Assembly: GCA_045105735.1 (NCBI GenBank)
Contig: JBGCDV010000006.1
Location: 115,460 to 179,459 of the forward strand
Reading direction: 5' to 3'
Length of the DNA: 64,000 bases
DNA from: Sulfitobacter sp.
GTDB taxonomy: Bacteria; Pseudomonadota; Alphaproteobacteria; Rhodobacterales; Rhodobacteraceae
Position 1 is the first letter of the stretch; each line of letters starts with the position of its first letter. Of the stretch, positions 36,716-49,468 are shown piece after piece. The translations under genes and the position numbers were made by a program. The notes under the pieces are model-generated. The model was not told the DNA's origin. It saw only the letters and a list, made by a program, of their open reading frames with translations, and searched no databases.

Positions 36716-37240
36716 TTACCTGCCGCCTCGTTCGAGTGCCGTTACCCTGCGCTCAATGTCCACTCGCCCCCGCTCAGCCTGAGCAATCACACCGTTGATT
36801 TCTTTCATTGCCGTATCGAGCCGTTTGTTCACCAGGTCAATCTTACGGTCAAAATCTGCGGTTTGTTTCTTGCTGGCGGCCAATTGGCTTTGGATGTCTG
36901 ATGTGTCCCGCTCCAGCGCGTCGAGCCTGTCCCTGACGACGTTATGCGCCCGGTTCGCCCCGCGAATATCAGCGTTTATCTTCTTAAACGCTGCATCAAG
37001 TTTCTTTTTCAACTCTTTATGGTTGCGATCCAAATCATCGGAGCGCCTCTGACATTCTGTACTGCAATTGCCAGTCTCAACGATGACCTTGTCCAATCGG
37101 GAACTGTTGGTCTTGAGCGCGGTGCTGTGCTCGTCTGATCGCTTTTGCACCGTTTTGATCGTCCCTGTGACTTGCGAATGGCTTCTTTCCAACTGCTGTA
37201 CGGTCTTTTGCAGTTTCTTGACTTGTGCCTCCAAAGACAT
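36716..37240 (-). CDS. coiled-coil protein, hypothetical (about 174 aa)
   Basis: ATG 37240 has a strong GGGGGAGAAATCAAATG context. The sequence is heptad-rich and charged, with an internal repeat (KKKLDAAFKKINADI / NKRLDTAMKEINGVI). There is no signal peptide, and the gene is more AT-rich than its neighbours. Confidence 0.55.
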   Translation of the reverse strand: MSLEAQVKKLQKTVQQLERSHSQVTGTIKTVQKRSDEHSTALKTNSSRLDKVIVETGNCSTECQRRSDDLDRNHKELKKKLDAAFKKINADIRGANRAHNVVRDRLDALERDTSDIQSQLAASKKQTADFDRKIDLVNKRLDTAMKEINGVIAQAERGRVDIERRVTALERGGR

Positions 37241-37351
37241 TTGATTTCTCCCCCATTTGTGGAAACAGGCCGCTAGCTTGGGATCAACGCTGGCCAAAAT
37301 CAACGGAAATTGGCCACTGGAACGCGCAACCGGGGATCAGCCCGCGCATGA

Positions 37352-37852
37352 TTACTTGGGTACTGGGGCAATTCTTGAGACATCCCATCCGTTAAAATCC
37401 AAAATCTCTTCTGCCGCTCTGATCCGGTCAGGTGAAGAGGTGGCGCGCCGGTCAAGGATCGCCGCCCAGCGGCCATCAGCATCCCCAACTGCAGCCGTCC
37501 GAAACCCTTCGTCCACCCACATCACGACAAGTATGCCATCGCCGCCCATTTCCCGCAGGATGCCCGGTGCGCTTTGCGTGTAGGGAGTGCGCGCGGTCGA
37601 CGTTTCACGCACAAACACCCCATCGGTCGCCACCACATAGCGCACGCTGGGGGCACATTGCCCCAGGCAGCGCACTGTCACCCACTCCCCTGCAAAATCT
37701 CCGACGTTGAACCGTGTTGTCCCTGCCAAGGTTGCAGTGGGATTTCTAAGCCCAATCTCGGCAACCGGCACAACTTGAGAGCTACAGCCCGCAAGCGCCA
37801 GCAAAGCTGCGGCACCTGCCACCCGACAGAAAGACAACGGCTTGAGGCTCAC
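37352..37852 (-). CDS. lipoprotein (possibly lipocalin-like), hypothetical
   Basis: Lipobox AALLALAGCSS; about 145-aa mature domain. The family call is tentative. Confidence 0.6.
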   Translation of the reverse strand: MSLKPLSFCRVAGAAALLALAGCSSQVVPVAEIGLRNPTATLAGTTRFNVGDFAGEWVTVRCLGQCAPSVRYVVATDGVFVRETSTARTPYTQSAPGILREMGGDGILVVMWVDEGFRTAAVGDADGRWAAILDRRATSSPDRIRAAEEILDFNGWDVSRIAPVPK

Positions 37853-37867
37853 GCGACCCGCTTCTGC

Positions 37868-38785
37868 TCAGGCATTGGTCACAGGTGCCCGCTTGGTCAG
37901 CCCCAGTTTGGCACGTACGTCCTCAGGTCCAATCAGCCGTGCGCCCATGTTCTCAATGATGGTGCCAGCCCGTTCGACCAACTGCCAGTTTTCCGCCAGA
38001 ACCCCTTTTTCAAGCCACAGGTTGTCCTCCAGCCCCACGCGTACATGACCGCCCGCCAGCACGGACGCCGCAACGTAGGCCATCTGGTTCCGGCCCAGCC
38101 CGAAGGCTGAAAAAGTCCAATCGTCCGGCACATTGTGGACCATCGCCATAAACGTATTGCGGTCATCCGGCGCGCCCCATGGCACACCCATGCAAAGCTG
38201 CACCAAGGCAGGGCCATCCAGCACCCCGTCTTTGACAAGCTGTTTGGCATACCACAAATGCCCGGTGTCAAACGCCTCAATCTCCGGTTTCACCCCCAGC
38301 TTGGTCATCATACTGCCCATCGCGGTCAGCATGCCGGGCGTATTGGTCATCACATAGTCGGCCTCGGCAAAGTTCATCGTGCCGCAATCCAGCGTGCAAA
38401 TCTCTGGCAGGCATTCAGCCACATGGGCAACGCGGGCAGAGGCACCGATCATGTCGGTGCCATCGCGGGTTGGAAACGGGCTTTCTACATCGCCAAAAAC
38501 GATATCCCCGCCCATGCCCGCAGTAAGGTTCAGCACAACATCAGTGTCACTGTCTCTGATACGGTCCGTCACTTCGCGGTACAGCGCCAGATCACGACTT
38601 GGCTGCCCGGTTTCGGGGTCGCGCACATGGCAATGCACCACCGCGGCCCCTGCTTTGGCCGCAGCAATCGCACTGTCGGCGATCTGTTGTGGGGAACGGG
38701 GGACATGGGGGCTGCGGTCTTGGGTGCCACCGGAGCCGGTGACGGCACAGGTGATAAAGACCTCGCGGTTCATGGAAAGTGGCAT
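37868..38785 (-). CDS. beta-keto acid cleavage enzyme (BKACE / 3-keto-5-aminohexanoate cleavage family, DUF849)
   Basis: VFITCAVTGSGGTQDRSPHVPRSPQQIADSAIAAAKAGAAVVHCHVRDPETG is the characteristic BKACE N-terminus. Confidence 0.85.
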   Translation of the reverse strand: MPLSMNREVFITCAVTGSGGTQDRSPHVPRSPQQIADSAIAAAKAGAAVVHCHVRDPETGQPSRDLALYREVTDRIRDSDTDVVLNLTAGMGGDIVFGDVESPFPTRDGTDMIGASARVAHVAECLPEICTLDCGTMNFAEADYVMTNTPGMLTAMGSMMTKLGVKPEIEAFDTGHLWYAKQLVKDGVLDGPALVQLCMGVPWGAPDDRNTFMAMVHNVPDDWTFSAFGLGRNQMAYVAASVLAGGHVRVGLEDNLWLEKGVLAENWQLVERAGTIIENMGARLIGPEDVRAKLGLTKRAPVTNA

Positions 38786-38946
38786 CAGGCGCTCCTGTCA
38801 TGGTCTGTTTTCGCGACCTTGCGACAGGGTTCTGGCGAAAGCCATGCTGAAAACGACAGGATGCGCGTTTGTTCAGATGATCCGCGACAGGCCGCGACTT
38901 GTTTCAAAGCAAACAGACTGAACCTGTGCAACCGCCCAAATGCTGC

Positions 38947-39990
38947 TCAATACGGCATCGGATGCGCCCTGTTGACGTTGTCGAGGGCTTGCAAAACCTC
39001 TTCGCTCAGCGTGATGTCCGCCGCGCCCAAGGCCAGTTCAAGTTGCTCCATCGTGGTCGCCCCAAAGATGACGGAGCCGACAAACGGTCTTTGACAACAC
39101 CACGCCAACGCCATTTGGCTTGGATCAAGCCCGTGGTCTCTGGCCACTTTGAGATAGGCGTCAACCGCTTCAAAGGCACGCGCCGTTTTGCGACCACCAA
39201 GGTCGGCGTTGAGCGACAAGCGCGACCCCTCAGGCACGGCGCCCCCTTGGTATTTGCCAGTGAGCAACCCAGTCGCCAGAGGTGAGAACGCAAACATATC
39301 AATGCGTTCGTTGATACACGCCTCTGCCACATCGGTGTCGGCCATCCGGCACATCAGCGAATATTCATTTTGCACCGAAATGGGGCGTGGCCCCCCGATG
39401 CGTTGCGAAACATCTGACCATTGGGCCATGCCCCAGGCGCTTTCATTGCTCAGCCCAAAGTGCCGGATCGTCCCGCGTTTCACTTCCGCTTGCAATGCTC
39501 CTATGGCGTCTTCCATGTGGGCAATCGTATCTTTTCGGTCCTGTTCGGACGGATCATACGTCCAGTTCTTGCGAAACATGTAGCTGCCACGATTGGGCCA
39601 ATGAAACTGGTAGAGATCGATGTAATCGGTCTTGAGCCTGCGAAGAGACCCTTCAATGGTCTGTGAAATCGTCTTTGAGGAGATCGGCGCGCCCTCTCGA
39701 ATATGCCCCACACCCGCACCGGAGTGTTTGGTCGCGAGGATCACGTCATCGCGCTGAATGCCGCGTTCAAACCACAGACCGATGATGCGTTCGGTTCTGC
39801 CCGTCGTTTCCGCGCTCACTGGATTGACGGGATACATCTCAGCGGTGTCGATAAAATTGATCCCTGCCTCAAGCGCCCGGTCAATTTGAGCATGTGCTTC
39901 TTCTGCGGTGTTCTGGGTGCCCCAGGTCATAGACCCCAAACACAGCTCAGACACGACAAGGTTACTACCGCCAAGCTTATTCAGTTTCAT
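38947..39990 (-). CDS. aldo/keto reductase (Tas-like NADP-dependent oxidoreductase)
   Basis: LCLGSMTWGTQNT...GINFIDTAEMYP...GLSNESAWG. Confidence 0.9.
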   Translation of the reverse strand: MKLNKLGGSNLVVSELCLGSMTWGTQNTAEEAHAQIDRALEAGINFIDTAEMYPVNPVSAETTGRTERIIGLWFERGIQRDDVILATKHSGAGVGHIREGAPISSKTISQTIEGSLRRLKTDYIDLYQFHWPNRGSYMFRKNWTYDPSEQDRKDTIAHMEDAIGALQAEVKRGTIRHFGLSNESAWGMAQWSDVSQRIGGPRPISVQNEYSLMCRMADTDVAEACINERIDMFAFSPLATGLLTGKYQGGAVPEGSRLSLNADLGGRKTARAFEAVDAYLKVARDHGLDPSQMALAWCCQRPFVGSVIFGATTMEQLELALGAADITLSEEVLQALDNVNRAHPMPY

Positions 39991-40163
39991 ATCATCCCTC
40001 TCATTTTCAGCCAGACTAGACCGAAGAGATCAGCCCGCAAGTCGGAAATCCTCTGACCTCCCTGCCAGAGCTTTCTAAACAAATTGCCGCCAATACCCTC
40101 AAAACGACCGCTTTTGTCGGGAAACTTCATGGTGCAGGCAAAAATCAGGCCTAAGACAAAGCC

Positions 40164-41408
40164 ATGCGGATGCTCATTTCCTTTGCGGCCCTCTTTCTAT
40201 CGGTGATTCTTTTACAACTGTCTTCGGGCGGCGTTGGGCCAATCGACGTGTTGTCCGGCACCGCTCTGGGGTTCTCCCGACAGGAAATCGGGATGTTGGG
40301 TTCCGCACATTTTGTCGGCTTTTTCATCGGTTGCTGGTGGGCACCCCGCCTTATGGGGTCGGTCGGTCACAGCCGCGCCTTTGCTGCTTTTACAGCAACG
40401 GGTGCCATTGGATTGATGGCACATATGATCGTTCTGGACCCCTATGCCTGGGCTCTGATGCGGGTTGCGTCGGGCTTGTGTGTTGCTGGGTGCTACACCG
40501 TGATTGAGGCCTGGCTGCAGGCCAAAGTCACCAATGAGACACGCGGGCGGGCAATGGGCGTCTACCGGGTGGTCGATATGAGCGGATCACTGGGCGCACA
40601 GATGATTGTCGGTGTCTTGGCCCCTGCTTCTTATGTATCTTATAACCTGCTGGCCATTGGCTGTTGCGCTGCCCTATTGCCGCTGACCCTGACCACGATC
40701 CAACAACCTGAAACCCCCGCCTCCCCCCGTTTGCGCCCCCGCCTTGCCGTCGATCGTTCTCCTCTTGCGGCGGCTGGCGTGGTTGTCGCGGCCCTATCAA
40801 GTGCCTCATTCCGCATGGTCGGCCCAATTTATGGACAAGAAGTGGGGTTGAGCGCGGGTCAAATCGCATGGTTCTTGTCCGCCTTCGTGTTGGGGGGTGC
40901 GCTGGCCCAGTTCCCTGTCGGGTGGCTCGCGGACAAGTTTGACCGACGATGGGTGTTGATCTGGTTGTCGGTGGCGGCGATGGCAAGTTGCGGCGTGACC
41001 GTGCTGGCCAGCGGGCTGGGCACGATGAGTATCATGCTCACGGCAGGACTGTTTGGCCTGACAACCTTTCCGATTTATTCCGTAGCAGCCGCCCACGCGC
41101 ATGACTTTGCCAGCAGTGAGGAACGGGTTGAGCTGTCCGCCGCGCTTATGTTCTGGTTCGCATCGGGGGCGATCCTTGCGCCCTATGCGGCCTCCGTTCT
41201 GATCGAACTCTACGGTCCCGGCGCATTGTTTTTGATGATCACGGCCGGGCATGGGGCATTGGTGGTCTTTGGCCTGTCGCGCATGCGGGCCCGGCCCACC
41301 AACCGGGATCGCACCCCGTATGTTTACGCGCCACGGACCTCTTTCACCATTGGGCGCCTTTTGCGCAAAGAACGGGACAAGGGCAAACCTGATCGCAGGC
41401 CTGATTGA
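40164..41408 (+). CDS. MFS transporter
   Basis: Twelve hydrophobic segments and an MFS-like loop motif ([10 protein letters not shown]). Confidence 0.85.
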   Translation: MRMLISFAALFLSVILLQLSSGGVGPIDVLSGTALGFSRQEIGMLGSAHFVGFFIGCWWAPRLMGSVGHSRAFAAFTATGAIGLMAHMIVLDPYAWALMRVASGLCVAGCYTVIEAWLQAKVTNETRGRAMGVYRVVDMSGSLGAQMIVGVLAPASYVSYNLLAIGCCAALLPLTLTTIQQPETPASPRLRPRLAVDRSPLAAAGVVVAALSSASFRMVGPIYGQEVGLSAGQIAWFLSAFVLGGALAQFPVGWLADKFDRRWVLIWLSVAAMASCGVTVLASGLGTMSIMLTAGLFGLTTFPIYSVAAAHAHDFASSEERVELSAALMFWFASGAILAPYAASVLIELYGPGALFLMITAGHGALVVFGLSRMRARPTNRDRTPYVYAPRTSFTIGRLLRKERDKGKPDRRPD

Positions 41409-41461
41409 TCCTGCGCCATGCCTCGTCTATGTCAGGCCAAGACCCGTGCAAAGGAATGCCC

Positions 41462-43174
41462 ATGGCCCGCCATCTGATCACATCCGCCATCCCCTATATC
41501 AATGGCATCAAACATCTGGGGAACCTTGTGGGCAGCCAGCTTCCTGCTGACCTTTACGCCCGATACCTGCGCGCGCGCGGGCATGAGGTGCTGTTTCTGT
41601 GTGCCACCGATGAGCATGGCACGCCGGCAGAACTGGCGGCGGCCAAAGCGGGCAAACCCGTGGCGGAATACTGCGCCGAACTTCACGACATTCAGGCGAA
41701 GATTGCGGCAGGGTTTGGGCTTTCTTTTGATCACTTCGGGCGGTCATCCTCTGCTCAGAACCACAAACTCACGCAGCATTTCGCGGGTGTTCTGGCCGAT
41801 CGGGGGCTGATCGAAGAAGTCACTCAACAACAGGTCTATTCAAATACGGACGGGCGGTTTTTGCCTGACCGCTATATTGAGGGGACCTGCCCCAACTGCG
41901 GATTTGACAGCGCGCGCGGGGATCAATGCGACAATTGCACCAAGCAACTGGACCCGGTTGACCTGATTGATCCGCGCAGCACGATCTCAGGATCCACCGA
42001 TCTGGAAATGCGCGACACCAAACATCTGTTTTTGCGCCAAAGTCAGATGAAAGAGAAACTGGATGCGTGGATCGACTCCAAGGCCGATTGGCCGGTGCTG
42101 ACCACCTCCATCGCAAAGAAATGGCTGCATGATGGCGATGGGTTGCAAGACCGCGGCATCACCCGTGATCTGCATTGGGGCATACCGGTCAAACGCGGCG
42201 ATGCGGATTGGCCCGGCATGGAGGGCAAGGTTTTCTATGTGTGGTTCGACGCGCCGATTGAATACATTGCCGCCGCGCAAGAATGGGAAGACGCGGGCAA
42301 AGGGACAGACTGGGCCCGCTGGTGGCGCACCGATCAAGGGGCCGATGACGTCCGCTACACCCAGTTCATGGGCAAGGACAACGTGCCATTCCATACGCTT
42401 AGCTTTCCCTCCACGATCATGGGGTCAGGGGAACCCTGGAAGCTGGTCGATTACATCAAATCGTTCAATTTCCTGAACTATGATGGCGGCCAGTTTTCGA
42501 CCTCCCGCGGGCGTGGGGTGTTCATGGATCAGGCGCTTGAGATTTTGCCGGCTGACTATTGGCGGTGGTGGCTCCTGAGCCATGCGCCCGAGACATCCGA
42601 TGCAGAGTTTACGTGGGGGGGCTTTCAGGCTTCGGTGAACAAGGACCTGGCAGATGTCCTGGGGAACTTTGTCAGCCGCATCACAAAATTCTGCCGCTCG
42701 AAATTCGGCGAAGCGGTGCCGGAAGCGGGAGATTATGGCCCGGCTGAGGAGGCTTTGATTGCCGATCTCACGGAACGGGTCGCACGTTATCAAGACCACA
42801 TGGACGCCATTGAAGTGCGCAAATCAGCGCAAGAATTGCGCGCCATCTGGGCAGCAGGAAACGAGTATTTGCAGGCTGAAGCCCCGTGGACCGCCTTCAA
42901 GACCAATCCAGACAAAGCCGCAGCGCAGGTCCGCCTCGCCCTCAACCTGATCCCATTGTACGCGGTTCTTTCCGCCCCCTTTATCCCCGCGGCCTCTCGC
43001 AGCATGCTGGAGGCAATGCACCTGAGCGATGCAGAATGGCCCGGTGATGTTGCGGCGGCATTGGCTCAGATGAAAGCAGGCCATGCGTTTGAAGTGCCGG
43101 AAGTGCTTTTTGCAAAGATCACCGACGAGGACCGCGAGAGTTGGCAAGAGCGTTTCGCAGGTACCCGCGCGTAG
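41462..43174 (+). CDS. metG: methionine--tRNA ligase (short form)
   Basis: [24 protein letters not shown] (HIGH-type), zinc knuckles CPNCGF...CDNC, and the KMSKS equivalent QFSTSRG. ATG at 41462 lies inside ORF 41405..43174. Confidence 0.95.
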   Translation: MARHLITSAIPYINGIKHLGNLVGSQLPADLYARYLRARGHEVLFLCATDEHGTPAELAAAKAGKPVAEYCAELHDIQAKIAAGFGLSFDHFGRSSSAQNHKLTQHFAGVLADRGLIEEVTQQQVYSNTDGRFLPDRYIEGTCPNCGFDSARGDQCDNCTKQLDPVDLIDPRSTISGSTDLEMRDTKHLFLRQSQMKEKLDAWIDSKADWPVLTTSIAKKWLHDGDGLQDRGITRDLHWGIPVKRGDADWPGMEGKVFYVWFDAPIEYIAAAQEWEDAGKGTDWARWWRTDQGADDVRYTQFMGKDNVPFHTLSFPSTIMGSGEPWKLVDYIKSFNFLNYDGGQFSTSRGRGVFMDQALEILPADYWRWWLLSHAPETSDAEFTWGGFQASVNKDLADVLGNFVSRITKFCRSKFGEAVPEAGDYGPAEEALIADLTERVARYQDHMDAIEVRKSAQELRAIWAAGNEYLQAEAPWTAFKTNPDKAAAQVRLALNLIPLYAVLSAPFIPAASRSMLEAMHLSDAEWPGDVAAALAQMKAGHAFEVPEVLFAKITDEDRESWQERFAGTRA

Positions 43175-43437
43175 TCCGCCCTAGGCGTGCTCTTTGGATC
43201 TGGGGCCACGGGCTTGCGAACGTCCACCTTTTGTTACCTGCCCGCGACGAATTTGTTTCCAGCGCTCTGATTAGGCCGCGAAAACAGCATCATTTCACGC
43301 GGAAATCTGGGATTTCAGAGCCAAAATGCGCAACGCCAAACGGAGGTTTCGCCAAAACTGCCCCTTTCTGCATCAAACGAACTTGATCTGCAGATTTTTA
43401 ACTGGCGTCGATGATAAGATCTGAGTGTCATAAGGCC

Positions 43438-46047
43438 CTAAAATTCTTCCCAACCATCTGCATGCAGCTCTTCTGAAAGATCAACGGCGGCACTGCCATG
43501 TGTGGCACTTGCGGCCACCGGCTGCGCTGCTGGCACAGGTGGAAGAGGCGGCGCTTGTGCAGGTTTGCGCGCCGTAATTTGAAGCCCTTCCATTTTGAAA
43601 CGCGAAACAGCGGTCACCAAAGCATCCGCCTCCGAAGTAAGCGCATGGCTGGCAGCGGTCGTTTCTTCAAACATTGCCGCGTTTTGTTGGGTGACGTGGT
43701 CAAGCTCGTTCACAGCTGTATTGATTTCAGCCAACCCGCTGGATTGCTCCTGAGAGGACCCAGCGATGTTGGACACACGGTTTGAAATCTCTGCCACAGA
43801 AGTCACAATCGACGCCAGTGCTGTGCCTGTCCGATCAACCAAATCAACACCTTGCTGCACTTGATCGCCACTCGAACTGATCAGCTCATTGATCTCCCGC
43901 GCGGCATCCGAGGATCGCTGCGCAAGGGCGCGCACTTCGGTCGCGACCACCGCAAAACCCCGGCCAGCTTCGCCCGCCCGTGCCGCTTCAACACCGGCAT
44001 TCAATGCCAGCAGATTGGTCTGAAAGGCAATGTCATCGATCAAGCTGGTGATCTTGGAAATCTCATGAGACGAGGTTTTGATCCCATCCATTGCGACAAC
44101 AGCCTGGCGGGCTACTTCGCCGCCCTGCTCCGCATTCCTTTTCGCCTCTTCGGACATCTTCGATGCCTCATCGGCCCCTTCAGCGGCCGACTTCACGGAC
44201 ACTGTCAGCTCGTCCAATGCAGCTGCCGTTTCTTCGAGGGTTGCTGCCTGTTTCTCAGTTCTGCGCGACAAATCATCTGCAGCGGTTGTGATTTCCGATG
44301 TCTCATTCCGGATTGAGTCAGCGTTGTGCATCACCGCAGAAATCGCCAGCCGCAAAGACTCAACCGTTGTGTTGAAATCACTGCGCAGCTGTTCGTAAGT
44401 TGGAGGAAAGCTCTCCTCTATGGCACTGTCAAGTTTGCCGTCCGACAGGTCTTTCAGAGAACGACCCAGCAGGTCGACGACACGTTTTTGCTCGCGCGCA
44501 ATCTCAGCGCGCTCTTCTTTCGCATTTTGTTCCAATGCTTGTTGCGCTGTCACGTCAGCGCCGATGAAGATCACTCTTTCGGCGTCATCGGCCTCGTTCC
44601 GTAACACGCTGAAACTGCCCTCAATTGTAAATGTCTGATCCGCATGCACACTATACGCTGCGAAACGACCTGCAGGAGTTTCGTCTGCAAGGACCGCTTT
44701 GGCGAATTTACTGCCATCTGGATCTTGCTCAAGGTTGTTTGCAAACATGCGCTTGAGAGAACACCTTGCCGTATCCGAAACTGCGCCATTGATCATGCGC
44801 AAAAAATTCTCATTCGCATCACATACAGCCCCGTCAGCCCAGAAATCCAACCGGAGCTGCCCTTTATCGATGGCATTTACCAGCGCTGCGTTACTTCGCG
44901 CTTCGGTTCGGTCTGCCCACTCAACAATCCCACCGAACACTTTGCCTTGCGAATCAACGGCAGGATTTACCGTGACGCTGAAAACCCGTTTGCCAATCCC
45001 CAGTTCAATGTGCCCGTTGCAACGAGCTTCATCGGATGTATCTGACCACCGCAAAGCGCTCGCCAGCATGGGTTCAAGACGGTGCACTCCCTGCAGATCA
45101 GCGCCGATCAGGGACTGCGCTGAAAACCCGGGCCAGACGTCCGACAGGTCGTCCCCTAAGTCTCCAAGCAGGCTCTCGCAGGATGGGTTGGCGTATGTTA
45201 CCCGCGCGCGCTCATCTACGATCATCATTGCCGCAGAAGACCCTTGAAATGCAGCGCTCTTGAAAATGGTGTCGATCTTTGAAGCATCCGCCTCAGCAAG
45301 TGTTTCGCGAAATTTATCAAGACGTTGCGCTATCTGCCCTACTTCATCTTTCCGCGTGGTCGATGGGACGGCGATATCGTAGTCGCCTTCTGCAATCCGC
45401 TGCATCGCCTGTTCGAGACGGACCAAGGGTCGCGACATCTGTGTCAGCAGGTATCCACCTGCAGCGACCAGCGCCACGAGGAAGACGCCGAAGCCGACGA
45501 TCATCGTTTTGAAATGACCTTGTTCCAGCGCGGCGACCGCTGACTGAGAGTTCCAGAGCGTCGCAACTGACCCCACAACTTCATCGCTGTTCCCAAATCG
45601 CACAAGTGCCGCGTGCGCCATGCCATCCGGCGTGGTCACAGCAGCACCAGTGGCCGTTGCCTGCGAAGAAAGCCCCGACAAAACCGTTCGCCCAGCCCCG
45701 AGGGAGGACAGCGCATCGCTTTCGTATAGAGCATTGCCTGCGACGTCATAAACGACGACACCGATCAATCCTTCACTAAATCCGTCTGTTACCTCGGAAA
45801 TGATCTTTTCGACTTCTGCGGTGTTGCCAAACCTCACGGCACCACCAAGTTGTGCCCCCAGGATGCCGGTACCTTTTTCCGCCTGTGCGGCGATACTCTG
45901 CTCAACACTGGTGATCATCGTCTGCATGTTGCGCACTTCGATGATGGTAACGACCAGAACGACGCAGATGGCAACCATCAGGGTACATTTGAAAAAGAGG
46001 CTACGCAGTGGATGGACCCGTGAGGGTGTTTCAAGCGTGACAGACAT
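43438..46047 (-). CDS. methyl-accepting chemotaxis protein with a periplasmic sensor, HAMP and PAS-like modules
   Basis: Signalling domain IAFQTNLLALNAGVEAARAGEAGRGFAVVATEVRALAQRS. N-terminal TM, about 180-aa periplasmic region, TM, HAMP (RPLVRLEQAMQRIAEGDYD), and about 300 aa of PAS-like sequence. Confidence 0.92.
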   Translation of the reverse strand: MSVTLETPSRVHPLRSLFFKCTLMVAICVVLVVTIIEVRNMQTMITSVEQSIAAQAEKGTGILGAQLGGAVRFGNTAEVEKIISEVTDGFSEGLIGVVVYDVAGNALYESDALSSLGAGRTVLSGLSSQATATGAAVTTPDGMAHAALVRFGNSDEVVGSVATLWNSQSAVAALEQGHFKTMIVGFGVFLVALVAAGGYLLTQMSRPLVRLEQAMQRIAEGDYDIAVPSTTRKDEVGQIAQRLDKFRETLAEADASKIDTIFKSAAFQGSSAAMMIVDERARVTYANPSCESLLGDLGDDLSDVWPGFSAQSLIGADLQGVHRLEPMLASALRWSDTSDEARCNGHIELGIGKRVFSVTVNPAVDSQGKVFGGIVEWADRTEARSNAALVNAIDKGQLRLDFWADGAVCDANENFLRMINGAVSDTARCSLKRMFANNLEQDPDGSKFAKAVLADETPAGRFAAYSVHADQTFTIEGSFSVLRNEADDAERVIFIGADVTAQQALEQNAKEERAEIAREQKRVVDLLGRSLKDLSDGKLDSAIEESFPPTYEQLRSDFNTTVESLRLAISAVMHNADSIRNETSEITTAADDLSRRTEKQAATLEETAAALDELTVSVKSAAEGADEASKMSEEAKRNAEQGGEVARQAVVAMDGIKTSSHEISKITSLIDDIAFQTNLLALNAGVEAARAGEAGRGFAVVATEVRALAQRSSDAAREINELISSSGDQVQQGVDLVDRTGTALASIVTSVAEISNRVSNIAGSSQEQSSGLAEINTAVNELDHVTQQNAAMFEETTAASHALTSEADALVTAVSRFKMEGLQITARKPAQAPPLPPVPAAQPVAASATHGSAAVDLSEELHADGWEEF

Positions 46048-46125
46048 GAAGTTTTCCTTGAGTTCAGCGGCAAATCGCCATGATACAATGCTCGCCTTTC
46101 TAAAACCGCATGTCTTACAACCGGA

Positions 46126-47037
46126 TTAACACCTGCCAGCCTTCTGTAAGGGGGCCGCCGCGCGCTGCACGACCTGACCGATTTCTGCAAATGCACCTGC
46201 AAGCGGGCTCGATTTGCGCCATATCATCCCAATGGTACGCCCCGGTTGAGGGTTCCCAAAAGCAACGCAGGACACATCCGCCGATCGGGTCTCAACGTCT
46301 ATCGCCATTTCCGGGATCAGTGTCACACCGATACCCGCCCCCACCATCTGCACCAGAGTGCTCAGCGAACTGCCATCAAGTCCATCGCGCGGCACCGCCG
46401 TGGGGGCGTTACAAAAGGCCAGTGTCTGGTCGCGAAAGCAATGTCCCTCTTCAAGCAACAACAGCCGCATCTGGCGCAAGTCCTCGCCCGTGGGCGCAGG
46501 TTTTGCCGCATCCTGTTCGGGACGGACCAAAACAAAATTCTCTTCCATCAAAGGCAGTTCCGCCAGAGCAGGTTCGAGCACAGGCAAAGCAACGATGGCC
46601 GTATCCAGCTCTCCACGCAAAAGCTCTTCTATCAATCTTGGGGTCAGAGTTTCGCGAACATGCAGGTCAAGGCCGGGGTGCGACCGCCCCAGATCACCGA
46701 TCAGCCCGGGCAGCAGATATGGCGCGATGGTGGGGATCACACCCAGCCGAAACCGTCCTGTTAAGTGTCCCTGCGCGGCGCGGGCAAAGTCTTCAAGCTC
46801 ATCCACACTGCGCAGAATATCGCGTACCTTCGCGCCAAAACCCTCCCCGAAAGAGGTCAGCCGCACCTGTCGCGCCGTACGTTCAAAAAGTGGCGTCCCA
46901 AGGGTTTCTTCCAACTCTTTGATCTGCACGGACAAGGCAGGCTGCGATATCCCGCGCATCTCAGCGGCGCGGCCAAAGTGGCGATGTTGCGCCAGCGCTT
47001 CAAAGTAACGTAGCTGTCTCAGCGTGATATTTTCCAT
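46126..47037 (-). CDS. oxyR: LysR-family peroxide-sensing regulator OxyR
   Basis: LRQLRYFEALAQHRHFGRAAEMRGISQPALSVQIKELE HTH. Redox Cys pair context LLEEGHCFRDQTLAFC. Divergent from katG. Confidence 0.85.
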   Translation of the reverse strand: MENITLRQLRYFEALAQHRHFGRAAEMRGISQPALSVQIKELEETLGTPLFERTARQVRLTSFGEGFGAKVRDILRSVDELEDFARAAQGHLTGRFRLGVIPTIAPYLLPGLIGDLGRSHPGLDLHVRETLTPRLIEELLRGELDTAIVALPVLEPALAELPLMEENFVLVRPEQDAAKPAPTGEDLRQMRLLLLEEGHCFRDQTLAFCNAPTAVPRDGLDGSSLSTLVQMVGAGIGVTLIPEMAIDVETRSADVSCVAFGNPQPGRTIGMIWRKSSPLAGAFAEIGQVVQRAAAPLQKAGRC

Positions 47038-49358
<2,321 letters not shown>

Positions 49359-49380
49359 CCCTTTTGACATGACATGACAA

Positions 49381-49412
49381 CGGCCTCCCGAGCAGATCGG
49401 GGGGCCGTTTTC
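49381..49412 (+). terminator. katG intrinsic terminator
   Basis: CGGCCTCCC-gagcagatc-GGGGGGCCG followed by TTTTCGTTT, about 20 nt after the katG stop. Confidence 0.65.
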
Positions 49413-49468
49413 GTTTGCGCACCCCCTGCCGCTCGACCTAGGGTCAGCGCAGAAACAAAGGAAGTCCC

